A stretch of 64,000 nucleotides of DNA, from positions 4,000,001 to 4,064,000 of the forward strand of contig OZ242005.1 of NCBI GenBank assembly GCA_965204725.1. The letters are read 5' to 3'. The number at the start of each line of letters is the position of its first letter. Position 1 is the first letter of the stretch. The position numbers and the translations under genes were made by a program. Below the pieces are notes generated by a model. That model was not told the origin of the DNA. It worked only from the letters and a program-made list of their open reading frames with translations, and did no database searches. Shown in pieces: positions 1-9,690 of the stretch. The DNA comes from Candidatus Latescibacterota bacterium. Its GTDB lineage: Bacteria; Latescibacterota; UBA2968; UBA8231.

Positions 1-249
1 ATAGCTTGGCAACAGGTCGAGTCTTGGCTCGACGCTCCCGCTAGCTGGATACCGCCAGCCACCGACCACCACCGGAAAGTCCTAGCCCAGTTGCTTAAAA
101 CACAGGGCCTGCGTGCCAACCACATACCCGACGTCCATCTCGCTGCACTCGCCATTGAGCACGGCTTGACCCTTTGCTCTACCGACACTGTCTTCGCCCG
201 CTTTCCCGGCCTGAGTTGGGAAAATCCCCTCGTCAATCTAGAGTTCTGA
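1..249 (+). CDS. vapC: VapC-family PIN-domain toxin, C-terminal part (5' truncated by window edge)
   Basis: Not in the ORF track. Frame 1 translates to ...NHIPDVHLAALAIEHGLTLCSTDTVFARFPGLSWENPL, matching the VapC C-terminal pattern DAHLAALAIEH..L.STD.DF.RF.GL.W.NPL. Stop TGA at 247-249. Confidence 0.85.
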   Translation: MAWQQVESWLDAPASWIPPATDHHRKVLAQLLKTQGLRANHIPDVHLAALAIEHGLTLCSTDTVFARFPGLSWENPLVNLEF

Positions 250-252
250 ATT

Positions 253-2184
253 TTGTCTGCACCCCCACGTCGCGTCTCCCTCCGCGCCATTGCCATTGGA
301 GCCATCGGTTGCCTCGCCATCGCCGTGGGCGAACCTTTTGGCGTCTTGGTGATGCAAAGCTCGCCCATGGCCGCCGACTACTCGACCGGCGCGGCCCTCT
401 TCTTGTTTTTTCTTTTTACCCTGCTCATCAACCCGCTCGCCCAATGGCTCACCGGCTCCAGCCTGCACACCGGCGAATTGGCCACCGTGTACATAATGAT
501 GGTCGTGGGGGCCGCCATTCCCTCTTGGGGCCTGACCATGAACCTGATCCCGCTCCTCGGCGGGTTCTTTTACTACGCCACCCCGGAAAACGACTGGGTC
601 AACACCATCCAGCCCTATATCTCGCGGCTCCTCGTGCCGGAAGACAGCGCGGCCATCCAAAAGCTGTTTGAAGGCAAGGCCCAAGGCGAACGCATTCCTT
701 GGGGCGCTTGGGCAACGCCGCTCATGGCGTGGAGCTTGTTTGTCGTCAACATGTACTTCTCCACGCTGTGCGTGCTCGTCGTGCTGCGCAAGCAGTGGGT
801 CGAGCGCGAGCGGCTCAATTTCCCGCTGGCCACCTTGCCCATAGCAATGAGTACGCACGCCAAGGACCGAGCCGTCGCGCCCTTTTACCGCAATTACCTG
901 ACTTGGGTCGGCTTTGCCATCCCCGCGCTCATCGGCTCGGTCAACGCCCTGCACCGCTATTTCAACTTCGTCCCACCGATCGACCTAAACCTCTGGGTGC
1001 CCTTTTTGCGCCGCTCTATCTGGGTCAACTTTCGCCCGCACTTCGAGGTCATCGGTCTCTCCTACTTGCTCAACCTCGACATCTCTATGGGCGTGTGGTT
1101 TTTCGCCCTGCTCAACATGCTGGCTATCGGCTTGTGCCGCATGACCGGGTGGAACATCGGCCCGGAGCAGCCCTATTCCTCGCCCTCCCCGCCCAGCCTC
1201 GCCCACATTGCCCTCGGTGCGTTGTTCTTTCTCGTGCTGTCCAGCTTGTGGAGCGGGCGGCAGCATGTGCGCCAAGTCTGGCGCAAGGCCCTGCGCGGCG
1301 ACGACTCCATCGACGACAGCGGGGAATTGCTCTCGTACCGGGTCGCGGTTTTTGGATTTATCGCCAGCTTTCTCCTCGGCCTGTTCGCGCTCTACGCGAC
1401 CAACATGAACCTGCCGACCGCCTTTGTCTTTCAGCTTTCGGCCCTCGTGATCTTCGTCGGCTTGGCGCGCATCATCTCGCAGGCCGGGCTGGCCTATTGC
1501 CGCGCTCCAGTGGCTCCGGCCGTGTTTACCGTCAACACGCTCGGATCGTCGTCGGTGGGGGCTCCAGGACTGACAGCGCTGGCCCTCAACTTCCCGTGGT
1601 CGGCCGACATCCGCACCTTTGTCATGGCCTCGGCCGCTACGGGCCTCAAGCTGGCGGAAGTGACGCGCTTGGAGTATCGGCGCGTGTTCTGGGCCATTGC
1701 CACGGCCATTGTCGTCACCCTCGTCGGCTCAATCGCCGCGGTCATCCACCTCGCGTACACCTACGGCGGCATCAACCTGAGCAGTTGGCAATTCGGCTAT
1801 ATGACGACCTATACCGGCAACTGGATTACCAACAACATCAACAACATGCAGCCCACCCACGTATGGCACCTATCCTTTGCCGGCCTCGGCGCGTTCTTGA
1901 TGGGGCTGTTGACGTTTGTGAAGAATCGCTTCGTCGGCTTTCCCATTCACCCCATCGGCTTGGCCATCGGGCTGCCGCATCCCGTGCAGCTAATCTGGCC
2001 GTCGGTCTTTATGGCTTGGCTGCTCAAGGCACTCATTCTCAAATACGGCGGCCCCCGGCTCTACACGCGCCTGCGACCATTCTTTTTGGGGCTGGTGCTA
2101 GGCGCGTTTGGCACAGCCGGCCTCTGGCTCATCATCGACTCCTTCACCGGCCTGACGGGCAACCGGCTGATTACCATTACCTAG
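253..2184 (+). CDS. Polytopic membrane protein, DUF6785/DUF6784-type putative peptide permease
   Basis: 643 aa with many hydrophobic helices. Motifs YYATPENDW, ERLNFPL, YTYGGINL, PIHPIG and KYGG..LY.RLRPFFLGLVLG are shared with the paralogue at 43249-45168. TTG start. Confidence 0.75.
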   Translation: MSAPPRRVSLRAIAIGAIGCLAIAVGEPFGVLVMQSSPMAADYSTGAALFLFFLFTLLINPLAQWLTGSSLHTGELATVYIMMVVGAAIPSWGLTMNLIPLLGGFFYYATPENDWVNTIQPYISRLLVPEDSAAIQKLFEGKAQGERIPWGAWATPLMAWSLFVVNMYFSTLCVLVVLRKQWVERERLNFPLATLPIAMSTHAKDRAVAPFYRNYLTWVGFAIPALIGSVNALHRYFNFVPPIDLNLWVPFLRRSIWVNFRPHFEVIGLSYLLNLDISMGVWFFALLNMLAIGLCRMTGWNIGPEQPYSSPSPPSLAHIALGALFFLVLSSLWSGRQHVRQVWRKALRGDDSIDDSGELLSYRVAVFGFIASFLLGLFALYATNMNLPTAFVFQLSALVIFVGLARIISQAGLAYCRAPVAPAVFTVNTLGSSSVGAPGLTALALNFPWSADIRTFVMASAATGLKLAEVTRLEYRRVFWAIATAIVVTLVGSIAAVIHLAYTYGGINLSSWQFGYMTTYTGNWITNNINNMQPTHVWHLSFAGLGAFLMGLLTFVKNRFVGFPIHPIGLAIGLPHPVQLIWPSVFMAWLLKALILKYGGPRLYTRLRPFFLGLVLGAFGTAGLWLIIDSFTGLTGNRLITIT

Positions 2185-3223
2185 TGCTGTCTCCCGCTCC
2201 ATGATCAATGCCGAGCTTGATCGAACGCTCGGGATGCTGGTTGATCTCCATATAAGCGTCGGCCGCCTGCACAAAGGGCACAATCGGGTCAATGAGGTCG
2301 TCGGCCTGCAACCGGCCTTCGACCAACAGGGCCAGCGACTCCGCACGGATGCGGGCGAAATTCCAGCTCGCCTGCGGCAAAGGCTCGCTGCAAGCGCGGC
2401 TGGAGACGACCTGAATGCGGTTGCGGTGCCACTCGCCAGCCAAGCGCAAGCCCTGCTCGCCGTGGTAATACGCGGTTGAGACCAAGGTGCCGGCGTAGCA
2501 AGTGGCGCGCAGGGCGTCTTCAAAGGCTCGGTAGGAACCGCTCGTTTCAAAGGCGATATCCGCGCCGATTTTGTCGGTGTGCTGCTTGATTTCCAAGCCG
2601 GCGTCCATGGTCACCGGGTCCAGCGCCAAGTCGGCGCGGTGGCGCAGGGCCGCGGCGCGCCGGCGCTCAATGGGATCGACGACCGCGACCCAACGCGCTC
2701 CGCACAGGCGTGCGGCTTGGGCGACCATCAGCCCGATGGCACCGAGTCCAAAGACCGCGACGCGATCCCCCAAGCGCACGGCACCATCGCGCACCGCGCC
2801 GACGGCAAAATCGGCCGGGTCCCAATACATGACGGCTTGCGGCGAGATCCCGTCTGGGGCCTTTTGCACACGCGCCGCCGCTACGGTGTGCGTTTCGCGG
2901 ATGGGCAAATGCGCGAAGACCCGGTCGCCTTCTCGCAGCGTAGCGACCTCGGCCCCCACTTGGACGACCGCGCCCAAGCATATATTGCCGAGGCGACGGG
3001 GGAAGCCACCGGCGGCCGATTCGCCGCGGCGGTGCAGCCGCAGTTCGCCATCCCAGCGGTCAGATGCGTCGGGCGTGTCGGCGCGGAAGCCGCGTAACTC
3101 GGTGCCGTGCTTAACCGAACTGAAGAGGCTTTGGACGCGGATTTCGTCCGGGGCTAAGGGCGGTTCTTGGTACGAGCTGAAGACCACGTGGCCGGGGCGG
3201 TCGGCGATCAATTCGAGCGGCAT
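2177..3223 (-). CDS. MDR-superfamily (zinc-binding alcohol dehydrogenase-like) oxidoreductase
   Basis: GLGAIG Rossmann motif and GroES-like N-terminus (HGTE, VGAEV..LREGDRV). Start placed at ATG 3223, downstream of AGGAG. Confidence 0.85.
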   Translation of the reverse strand: MPLELIADRPGHVVFSSYQEPPLAPDEIRVQSLFSSVKHGTELRGFRADTPDASDRWDGELRLHRRGESAAGGFPRRLGNICLGAVVQVGAEVATLREGDRVFAHLPIRETHTVAAARVQKAPDGISPQAVMYWDPADFAVGAVRDGAVRLGDRVAVFGLGAIGLMVAQAARLCGARWVAVVDPIERRRAAALRHRADLALDPVTMDAGLEIKQHTDKIGADIAFETSGSYRAFEDALRATCYAGTLVSTAYYHGEQGLRLAGEWHRNRIQVVSSRACSEPLPQASWNFARIRAESLALLVEGRLQADDLIDPIVPFVQAADAYMEINQHPERSIKLGIDHGAGDSTR

Positions 3224-3246
3224 GAGGTACACTCCTGTTTTTGTGA

Positions 3247-3380
3247 TATAGCAGTCCTAAATGACTCGAAGGCATGTAGAGATGCTTCGACTGCGCTCAG
3301 CATGACACACAGACGGGCGCTTCGTCCCCCAGCCCTTGTCATACTGAGCAAAGCGAAGTATCTCATACCCAAAACTCCAT
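3247..3380. mobile_element. MITE-like element, TATAGC family, right end truncated, carrying a GTCA-type REP pair
   Basis: Begins TATAGCAGTCCTAAATGAC like 26794 and 62419, and closely matches 62419-62560. Contains inverted REP units AGATGCTTCG..GCTCAGCATGAC and GTCATACTGAGC..AGCGAAGTATCT. No right TIR seen. Confidence 0.75.
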
Positions 3381-3456
3381 AAGGAGCATTGACGATGGCA
3401 AATGCAGGGCAGAACGATATTGTATTGGCGAAGGTCCTCCAACGAGATCCTATATA

Positions 3457-4575
3457 ATGAGCGCATACCAACGCTTCGCCCGCCCCCTCCTGTTCCGCTG
3501 CGATCCTGAGCGCGTCCACGAGCAAACCCTCGCGCTGGGCGAGCGGGTCGGTTCTTCCGCGCTGGGCCGCCATCTGCTTTCGAGTCTCTTTGCCTTTGCG
3601 GATGCGCGGCTGACGACCCAAGTGGGCGGCTTGCGCTTTGCCAATCCGCTGGGCATGGCGGCGGGGTTTGACAAAAATGGCCGGATGATCCAAGCACTTG
3701 CGGCCATGGGCTTTGGGTTCGTGGAGGTGGGATCGGTATCGGCCCATCCTTCGGCTGGAAATCCGCGGCCTCGGCTGTTTCGCCTGCCCTTAGACGAGGC
3801 CATCGTCGTCAACTATGGGGTGCCCAACGACGGGGCTGCGGCCGTGGCGGCCCGCGTTGCCCAACAACCGACCGCCGCCCCTGTGGGGATCAATCTCGTC
3901 GAAACCAATACCGGGCGGGCCATCGCGCCGGACGCCGTCGTCGCCGAACTGGCCTCGGCCATCGCGCCCTTTGTCGGGCGAGCCTCCTACATCGCGTTCA
4001 ACCTCAACTGCCCGAACACCTCGGCCGGGGCCAGTCCATTCAACAGCGGCCATGCCTTGGGCGACTTGCTCCGAGAATGCGCTGCCATCGACAACTTGCC
4101 GCCAATCTTTCTCAAGCTCACCGCGCACACCGATCCGGCGCGGCTCGACTGGATGCTGGAGGCGGTCGATCCGTTTGCTTTCGTCAAGGGCTTCATCTTC
4201 AACCTGCCGCCGGGAACGAATTATCCGCTTAAGTCGCCAGCCCATCTCCTCGCCTCTCTGCCCGGAACCTTGTGCGGCCGGCCCGTTCAAGCCCTGATCG
4301 ACGAAACCGTGCGCTTCTGGTACGAGCGGATCGACCGCCAGCGACACGCGATCATCGGCGTGGGCGGGATTTCATCGGCCGAGGACGCCTATCGCAAAAT
4401 TCGCCTCGGGGCTTCGCTCGTGCAGCTATATTCAGCGTTAATTTTCAAGGGTCCGGGAATCGTGCGGCAAATCAACGCGGGGTTGGCACACCTGTTAGAG
4501 CGGGATGGGTTTGCGCGGGTGGGCGACGCGGTCGGAATCGACAATCAAGCAACCACTAACCAACGTGGGCATTGA
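3457..4575 (+). CDS. pyrD: Quinone-dependent (class 2) dihydroorotate dehydrogenase-like protein, divergent
   Basis: DPERVH, FANPLGMAAGFDKNG, GNPRPRLFRL, NLNCPNT, IIGVGGI, GASLVQLYSALIFKGP. Confidence 0.8.
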   Translation: MSAYQRFARPLLFRCDPERVHEQTLALGERVGSSALGRHLLSSLFAFADARLTTQVGGLRFANPLGMAAGFDKNGRMIQALAAMGFGFVEVGSVSAHPSAGNPRPRLFRLPLDEAIVVNYGVPNDGAAAVAARVAQQPTAAPVGINLVETNTGRAIAPDAVVAELASAIAPFVGRASYIAFNLNCPNTSAGASPFNSGHALGDLLRECAAIDNLPPIFLKLTAHTDPARLDWMLEAVDPFAFVKGFIFNLPPGTNYPLKSPAHLLASLPGTLCGRPVQALIDETVRFWYERIDRQRHAIIGVGGISSAEDAYRKIRLGASLVQLYSALIFKGPGIVRQINAGLAHLLERDGFARVGDAVGIDNQATTNQRGH

Positions 4576-5443
4576 CCTGCAAATCCCACTTCCGCCAGTA
4601 GTACTTGAGCGGATCGCCCTCGTCCCACTCGGCGTAAATGTTCTCCCAATCCGTAAAGTGCATGTGCGGCTCTAGCGAGTCTTCGCGCACCGGATGGCTC
4701 ATGGGCTGATAGCGGTAGTCGAGCGAGACGCGCAGGCGGTCGCCGGTTTGGTTGTCTTGGCCCTGATGAGCGGTCAGACTGTGGCATATAAGCACGTCGC
4801 CCGCCAAAAAGTCGCCGCCCGCCCACAGCGTATCCTCGGGCAGCGCGACAGCGTGGCCCCCCGCGCCCGTCGCCCTTGTAACGCCTAACTTGCCCAGCTT
4901 GTGGCTGCCGGGTGCCACCGCCAAGCTGCCCAGCGCGGCCGGGCAGTCGCCGGCCGGGATCCAAGCGGTCCACGTCTCGTCGGTGCCGCCAATGTAGAAA
5001 TTGTCTTGGTGCGGCGGGGTGGTGTGCGCGAGGGCATTGGGAAAAATTACTCGGCATATATTGCGGCTGTGGGGCAGGGCCTTCTCGCCGAAGAGCGTTG
5101 CGAACATCGCCAAGATCGCCGGATGCAAAGCCAAGGCGTTGAAGGAGCGCAACCGCTGGACATCAATGTAAAAGGCGATCCACTCGGGCGACTGGCCTTC
5201 GATGAAAAGCTGCCCGTCGCGAGCGACTCCATCCATCAAAGGTGCGCTGCGGTCGAGCCAGCCGTGCTTCCGACAAACTTCGAGGATCTGACGACGCAGG
5301 CTGAGCACCGGCTCCGAGTCCAGCAACGAGCGGAAGAACAAATAGCCCTGCTCGGCCGCACGCTCGCGCAATGCGCTGGGCGCGTCGAGCAGGGGGGTGG
5401 AATCGACGAAAGGTTCGATGTTAGTCATGGTCTGTTGGGCCAT
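4556..5443 (-). CDS. Phytanoyl-CoA dioxygenase (PhyH) family Fe(II)/2OG dioxygenase
   Basis: QGYL N-terminus, PPHQD (HxD), W(I)P, PGSHK, GDVL..H..TAH distal His. Start placed at ATG 5443, downstream of GAGGAG. Confidence 0.85.
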   Translation of the reverse strand: MAQQTMTNIEPFVDSTPLLDAPSALRERAAEQGYLFFRSLLDSEPVLSLRRQILEVCRKHGWLDRSAPLMDGVARDGQLFIEGQSPEWIAFYIDVQRLRSFNALALHPAILAMFATLFGEKALPHSRNICRVIFPNALAHTTPPHQDNFYIGGTDETWTAWIPAGDCPAALGSLAVAPGSHKLGKLGVTRATGAGGHAVALPEDTLWAGGDFLAGDVLICHSLTAHQGQDNQTGDRLRVSLDYRYQPMSHPVREDSLEPHMHFTDWENIYAEWDEGDPLKYYWRKWDLQVNAHVG

Positions 5444-5448
5444 TGTGA

Positions 5449-5901
5449 TCACTCCTCTGGTCTGTCTCTAAAGGCGTATAAAGTTTGAATGTACTCAGCG
5501 GAAAGTCCGTGTTCGGTAGCTCCTTGGATGACGGCGTTGAGGTATTCCTCCGAGGGCGGGTAGTGATGCCCCTGATCGAGGCGAGAAAAATACGTCCACA
5601 CTAGGCCAATCGCGGGTATTTCCAACTCGACCCGCCGGTACTTGGTCCCCTCGCTTTCGTAGTGGTCAAGGCGGGAAAAATCGCGCTCGGTCATCTCGTA
5701 CACGACGCCTTCAACGTAAGCGTCCTCGTTGAGCCGGATGCTGGCCACGCCCATGCCGCCGCGCGTGAAAGAGATCATCGGAAAGCACAACTCATAGCCT
5801 GCTAGACGCACCACAGAGTGCAGCCGGGCACCCGGGCAGCGGGCCTGCATTTGCCGCCAGAGCAAGTTGGACCCATAAGCAAAGTAGAGCAGATCAGCCA
5901 T
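5449..5901 (-). CDS. Gamma-glutamylcyclotransferase family protein
   Basis: YFAYGSNL, VEGVVY, LDHYE and PSEEYL..I..GA.EHGL motifs. Confidence 0.9.
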   Translation of the reverse strand: MADLLYFAYGSNLLWRQMQARCPGARLHSVVRLAGYELCFPMISFTRGGMGVASIRLNEDAYVEGVVYEMTERDFSRLDHYESEGTKYRRVELEIPAIGLVWTYFSRLDQGHHYPPSEEYLNAVIQGATEHGLSAEYIQTLYAFRDRPEE

Positions 5902-5995
5902 GACCAGCCTCTTGGGATTTCAAGATAAGGTGGTAGGACTTTAATGTTTTATATTACTTCGCTCAACCCACCCCTCTCATCTCCTCGGAGGAATC

Positions 5996-7084
5996 ATGGC
6001 CCAACAACGCTTCCAACGCACCGCACCCGGCGACCTGCTCCGCGTGGGAATGATCACCGGCCCCGGCGGCCACACCTACGGCATCTGGGGCGAAAAGATG
6101 AATCCCCCGCCCGGTGCCCTCCGCACGACGGGCATGCTGATGACCCACGCTTGGTGCCTCGACGCGGGGATGCGCCAACGCTTTGCGGAAAAGTATCCCG
6201 AGGTCCATATAGTCGCCGATCCTCGGGACATGATCGGCCAGATCGACGGGATATACATCGACGACATCAACGCGATTTCGCTCTATCCCCTGTTGGCCCG
6301 GCCCTTTCTAGCGGCCGGCATCCCGACCTTTGTCAATCGCCCCTTTGCCACCTCTATGGCCAAGGGACGAGAGATGGTAGAAACGGCCGCTCGGCACGGC
6401 ACGGCCCTGTTGACCGCCTCGACGTGGGAATTTTCCGAGAGCGCGGGCGACTTGCGCGCCAAGGCCGCGGACCTGCCCGACATCAAGGGCTACGTAGCGC
6501 ACAACTCCATGAGCGACTACTACACCCACGGCCTACACGGCGTCTGGTACATCCACTCAATTTTGCGCGACGAGATCGCCAAGGGGCGGGGCCGGCTGCG
6601 CGCCGCAGCGTACCACACCCCCAACTGGCGAGTGCCCGGCGGGATGATCGCCTATGAGCACGAGAGTCCGACGCACCCGTACTACGGGGCACTGCACCAG
6701 AGTTCGGGTGCCGATGGCAACGCTTACATGCGAATCTTCGGCGACCACCGGGGCGACGCCGAGGGGCGAATTCCAGCCCGGGCCGGCTACTTCATGTACA
6801 ACGCTTGGAACGCGCTCCAACTCGGCATTCAGGAAATGTTCGAGACGGGGCAGTCGCCGGAGACGGGCGAGCAACTCTTGGAAAAGCTGCTGATGTTTCT
6901 CCTGCCCTTCTACTCGGCGTTGGAGCGCGGCGGCGCCCTAGTACAGCGGGAGGACTTGGGCGATTGGGAAGTGCCGCCTCCGTCGGCCGTGCTCATGGAA
7001 AACGGCGAGCCGACCGACAGCGCCTTTGCATCGCCCTACACCCAAGCCCAGCTCGAAGAAGCGACGCGGATGCTGGGTGGGTAG
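5996..7084 (+). CDS. Gfo/Idh/MocA-like NAD-dependent oxidoreductase (divergent)
   Basis: LRVGMI N-terminus, PFLAAGIPTFVNRPFATS (variant of K.P.A) and YYTHGLH. GGAGG RBS upstream. Confidence 0.6.
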   Translation: MAQQRFQRTAPGDLLRVGMITGPGGHTYGIWGEKMNPPPGALRTTGMLMTHAWCLDAGMRQRFAEKYPEVHIVADPRDMIGQIDGIYIDDINAISLYPLLARPFLAAGIPTFVNRPFATSMAKGREMVETAARHGTALLTASTWEFSESAGDLRAKAADLPDIKGYVAHNSMSDYYTHGLHGVWYIHSILRDEIAKGRGRLRAAAYHTPNWRVPGGMIAYEHESPTHPYYGALHQSSGADGNAYMRIFGDHRGDAEGRIPARAGYFMYNAWNALQLGIQEMFETGQSPETGEQLLEKLLMFLLPFYSALERGGALVQREDLGDWEVPPPSAVLMENGEPTDSAFASPYTQAQLEEATRMLGG

Positions 7085-7116
7085 CGCGGTAATGACGCAG
7101 TTGAAGAATCCGGCCC

Positions 7117-7971
7117 CTAGGGAACGTCTGGATAATTCAACGGCATCCCCGTCTTGCCTAGCTCGTAGTGCGCTATGTGCCAACGCCCCAAGTTGGCGCT
7201 GAGGAAGAGCGACCGATCTGCGCCGCAGAAGGCGATATTGGTCGGGGCCGCCATGGCCGTGCCCTCGTAATCGTCGGCCAAAACGTCAAGTTGGCCATCG
7301 GCATACCGATAGATGCGGTCTGGGCGATAGCAGGAGCAGTAGAGGGTGCCCTCGTCGTCGAAGGCGAGGCCATCGGGGACGGTCTGCGGGAGGTCGAACA
7401 CGGTTTCGGCCGCACCAGCGCGGCCATCGGCCTCGATTTTGATGCGGGCCACGCGGGGTTGAATGCTCATGGCCACATAGAGGTATTCGCCGGTTGCATC
7501 TAGTGCCGTGCCGTTGGGGAACTCGGGTAGGGCGCGGCTCCACACCTCGCCGACACCGCCCGGGGCGATTTTGCAAATCCAACCGTCGTTTTTGTGCCAG
7601 CCGCCAGAATTGGACACATAGAGGTTGCCAGCCGCGTCAAAAACCGGGTAGTTGGCCCCGGCCAGCGGCACCTCGCCGGCGCGGTCGCAATACGTGCTGA
7701 CCGCGCCATCCGGCTCGACGCGCTTGACGCCGCCGCTACACACGTACAGGCGGTGCTGAGCATCCTGACAGATGCCGCCGACAAAGCCGCCGACTTGAGT
7801 GAACTCCTCGAACTCGCGCCGGGTCAAGTCAATGCGGTAGATCTGGCCCGCTTCGCCGCCGGCATAGGCATAGCCATCGCAGCCCCAAGCAATGCACTCG
7901 GGGTGGTCAAGGCCGCTGCCAAAGTCGCCGATAATCGCTGAAATTTGGGTGTGAGTATCAAGAAGAGCCAT
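7117..7971 (-). CDS. SMP-30/gluconolactonase family beta-propeller
   Basis: GLDHPE, AN..FD.AGNLYVS, FPNG.AL, PDGLAFD.EG.LY, PTNIAF.G. AGGAGG RBS upstream. Confidence 0.9.
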   Translation of the reverse strand: MALLDTHTQISAIIGDFGSGLDHPECIAWGCDGYAYAGGEAGQIYRIDLTRREFEEFTQVGGFVGGICQDAQHRLYVCSGGVKRVEPDGAVSTYCDRAGEVPLAGANYPVFDAAGNLYVSNSGGWHKNDGWICKIAPGGVGEVWSRALPEFPNGTALDATGEYLYVAMSIQPRVARIKIEADGRAGAAETVFDLPQTVPDGLAFDDEGTLYCSCYRPDRIYRYADGQLDVLADDYEGTAMAAPTNIAFCGADRSLFLSANLGRWHIAHYELGKTGMPLNYPDVP

Positions 7972-8105
7972 GCAATTTGCTAACCTCCTTTATCATTTTG
8001 CATGGATAATAGCCGAATTGGGACAAAATTTCAAGTAGGGCCGCTGCTGTCTTCTTTTTATATTGAGACGCACCCCAACGGCTTCGCCGCGGTACAAATG
8101 TCTCC

Positions 8106-9533
8106 ATGAAAATCCGCTCCTCCAGCCCGGCACGTCTTTTGCCCTGTCTCCTAATCAGCCTCGTCACAGGCTGCAACGCATCGTCCGCGCCCATGGACCA
8201 CTCAGACCGCATCCAGCCCTATGCCGCCAATCCGCGCTACTGGCAGTACAAAGGCCAGCCCGTGCTCTTGCTAGGCGGAACGATCAAAGACTGCCTATTC
8301 CAAATACCCGATCTCAAAGCTCATCTCGACCTCCTGCAATCGGTCGGCGGCAACTACGTGCGCAATACCATGAGCGACCGCCGCTTCTACGGCTATGAGA
8401 TCAAAGCCTTTCACCAAGCGGCCGACGGCCTGTACGACCTCGGTCGCTGGAACCCGGCTTATTGGCAGCGCTTGGCCGATTTTTTGCGCTGGACCGCCGA
8501 GCGCGACATCATCGTCCAACTAGAGATGTGGGACCGCTTTGACCACAGCCGCGAGTATTGGCAAGAAGACCCCTTCAATCCGGCCAACAACATCAACTAC
8601 ACGGTCGAGGAATCGGGCCTAAAAACGGCCTATCCCGCCCATCCGGGCGGCAACGAGCAGCCTTTTTTCTACACGGTGCCCACCCTGCGCGACAACCAAG
8701 TCGTGCTGCCCTACCAACGGGCCTTTGTCGATCAAGTCCTCGCGCATACCCTCGCCTACGACCACGTGCTCTACTGCATGAACAACGAAACCAGCGGCGA
8801 CCCTAAGTGGAGCATCTATTGGAACGACTATATCAAGGAGCGGGCGCAACGAGCGGGTAAGCGCGTTGAAACCACCGAAATGTGGGACGAGTGGGACGTG
8901 CGGGGGCAAACGCATCGCGCGACCTTCGACCACCCAGCGCGCTATTCTTTTATCGACATTTCGCAGAATAGCTGGCAGCGCGAGCAGACCAATTGGGACC
9001 ACGCGCAGTGGGTGTGGCAGTACATCGCCGCCCAGACGCGGCCGATCAATTCGACCAAAATTTACGGTGCCCAGACGCACCGGGACCACGCCCGCGGCAT
9101 AGACGCCCGCCACGCCACCGAGTGCTTTTGGCGCAACCTCATCGGCGGCTTCGCTTCCAGCCGTTTTCACCGGCCAGCCTCCGGCCTAGGGCTAGGCCCG
9201 CAAGCCCAAGCTCACATTCGCAGCGGGCGGCTGCTCGCCGACAGCTTCGATTTTTTTAACGCCGAGCCGGATTCCGACAGCACCCTGCTGCACAACCGCG
9301 CTGCCAACGAGGCGTATCTCAGCCGCGTCCCCGGCCGCCAGTACGCGCTCTATTTTACCGACAGCGGCACGGTGGGGCTCGACCTGACGGGGGCAACAGG
9401 CACCTTTGCGGTCCAATGGCTCGACGTTGCGGCCAGCACTTGGGCATCCGCGGCCGACATCGACAGCGGCCCCATCGTCCAACTCGCTCCTCCACACGGC
9501 GGCCCCGCGGTCGCCCTGCTGACGCAACGGTAG
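8106..9533 (+). CDS. Lipoprotein with TIM-barrel glycoside-hydrolase-like domain and C-terminal putative collagen-binding domain (DUF6298/DUF4038-like)
   Basis: Lipobox-like LVTGC, NPRYWQYKG.PVLLLG, GGNYVRNTMS, MNNE (GH-A-like acid/base) and a C-terminal YALYF...VQWLD. Confidence 0.65.
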   Translation: MKIRSSSPARLLPCLLISLVTGCNASSAPMDHSDRIQPYAANPRYWQYKGQPVLLLGGTIKDCLFQIPDLKAHLDLLQSVGGNYVRNTMSDRRFYGYEIKAFHQAADGLYDLGRWNPAYWQRLADFLRWTAERDIIVQLEMWDRFDHSREYWQEDPFNPANNINYTVEESGLKTAYPAHPGGNEQPFFYTVPTLRDNQVVLPYQRAFVDQVLAHTLAYDHVLYCMNNETSGDPKWSIYWNDYIKERAQRAGKRVETTEMWDEWDVRGQTHRATFDHPARYSFIDISQNSWQREQTNWDHAQWVWQYIAAQTRPINSTKIYGAQTHRDHARGIDARHATECFWRNLIGGFASSRFHRPASGLGLGPQAQAHIRSGRLLADSFDFFNAEPDSDSTLLHNRAANEAYLSRVPGRQYALYFTDSGTVGLDLTGATGTFAVQWLDVAASTWASAADIDSGPIVQLAPPHGGPAVALLTQR

Positions 9534-9541
9534 CATTGGAG

Positions 9542-9677
9542 TTTACTACACGACACCAGCCCTCGGCCTTCCCGGGATCGAGGGCATCTTGCCCTCGTCG
9601 AGGGCGGGACGCCCTCGATCCCAGGCGCAACGGCAACACCAGAAAAGGCCGACTCAAAGCAAGGGTCGCGTACTTAG
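9542..9677. mobile_element. 136-bp MITE-like element with internal REP doublet, flanked by a 9-bp direct repeat
   Basis: TTTACTACACGACAC...GTCGCGTACTTAG, with copies at 32712, 45177 and 62732. GCATTGGAG is present at 9533-9541 and 9678-9686. Confidence 0.85.
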
Positions 9678-9690
9678 GCATTGGAGCACC

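Noticed and set aside
699-2204. 501-aa alternative-frame ORF and other long overlapping or antisense ORFs (e.g. 29222-30451, 38868-39830, 58130-59050)
   Set aside because: They are Arg/Pro/Ala-rich or mirror-frame shadows of well-supported genes, as expected in high-GC DNA, with no recognisable motifs.
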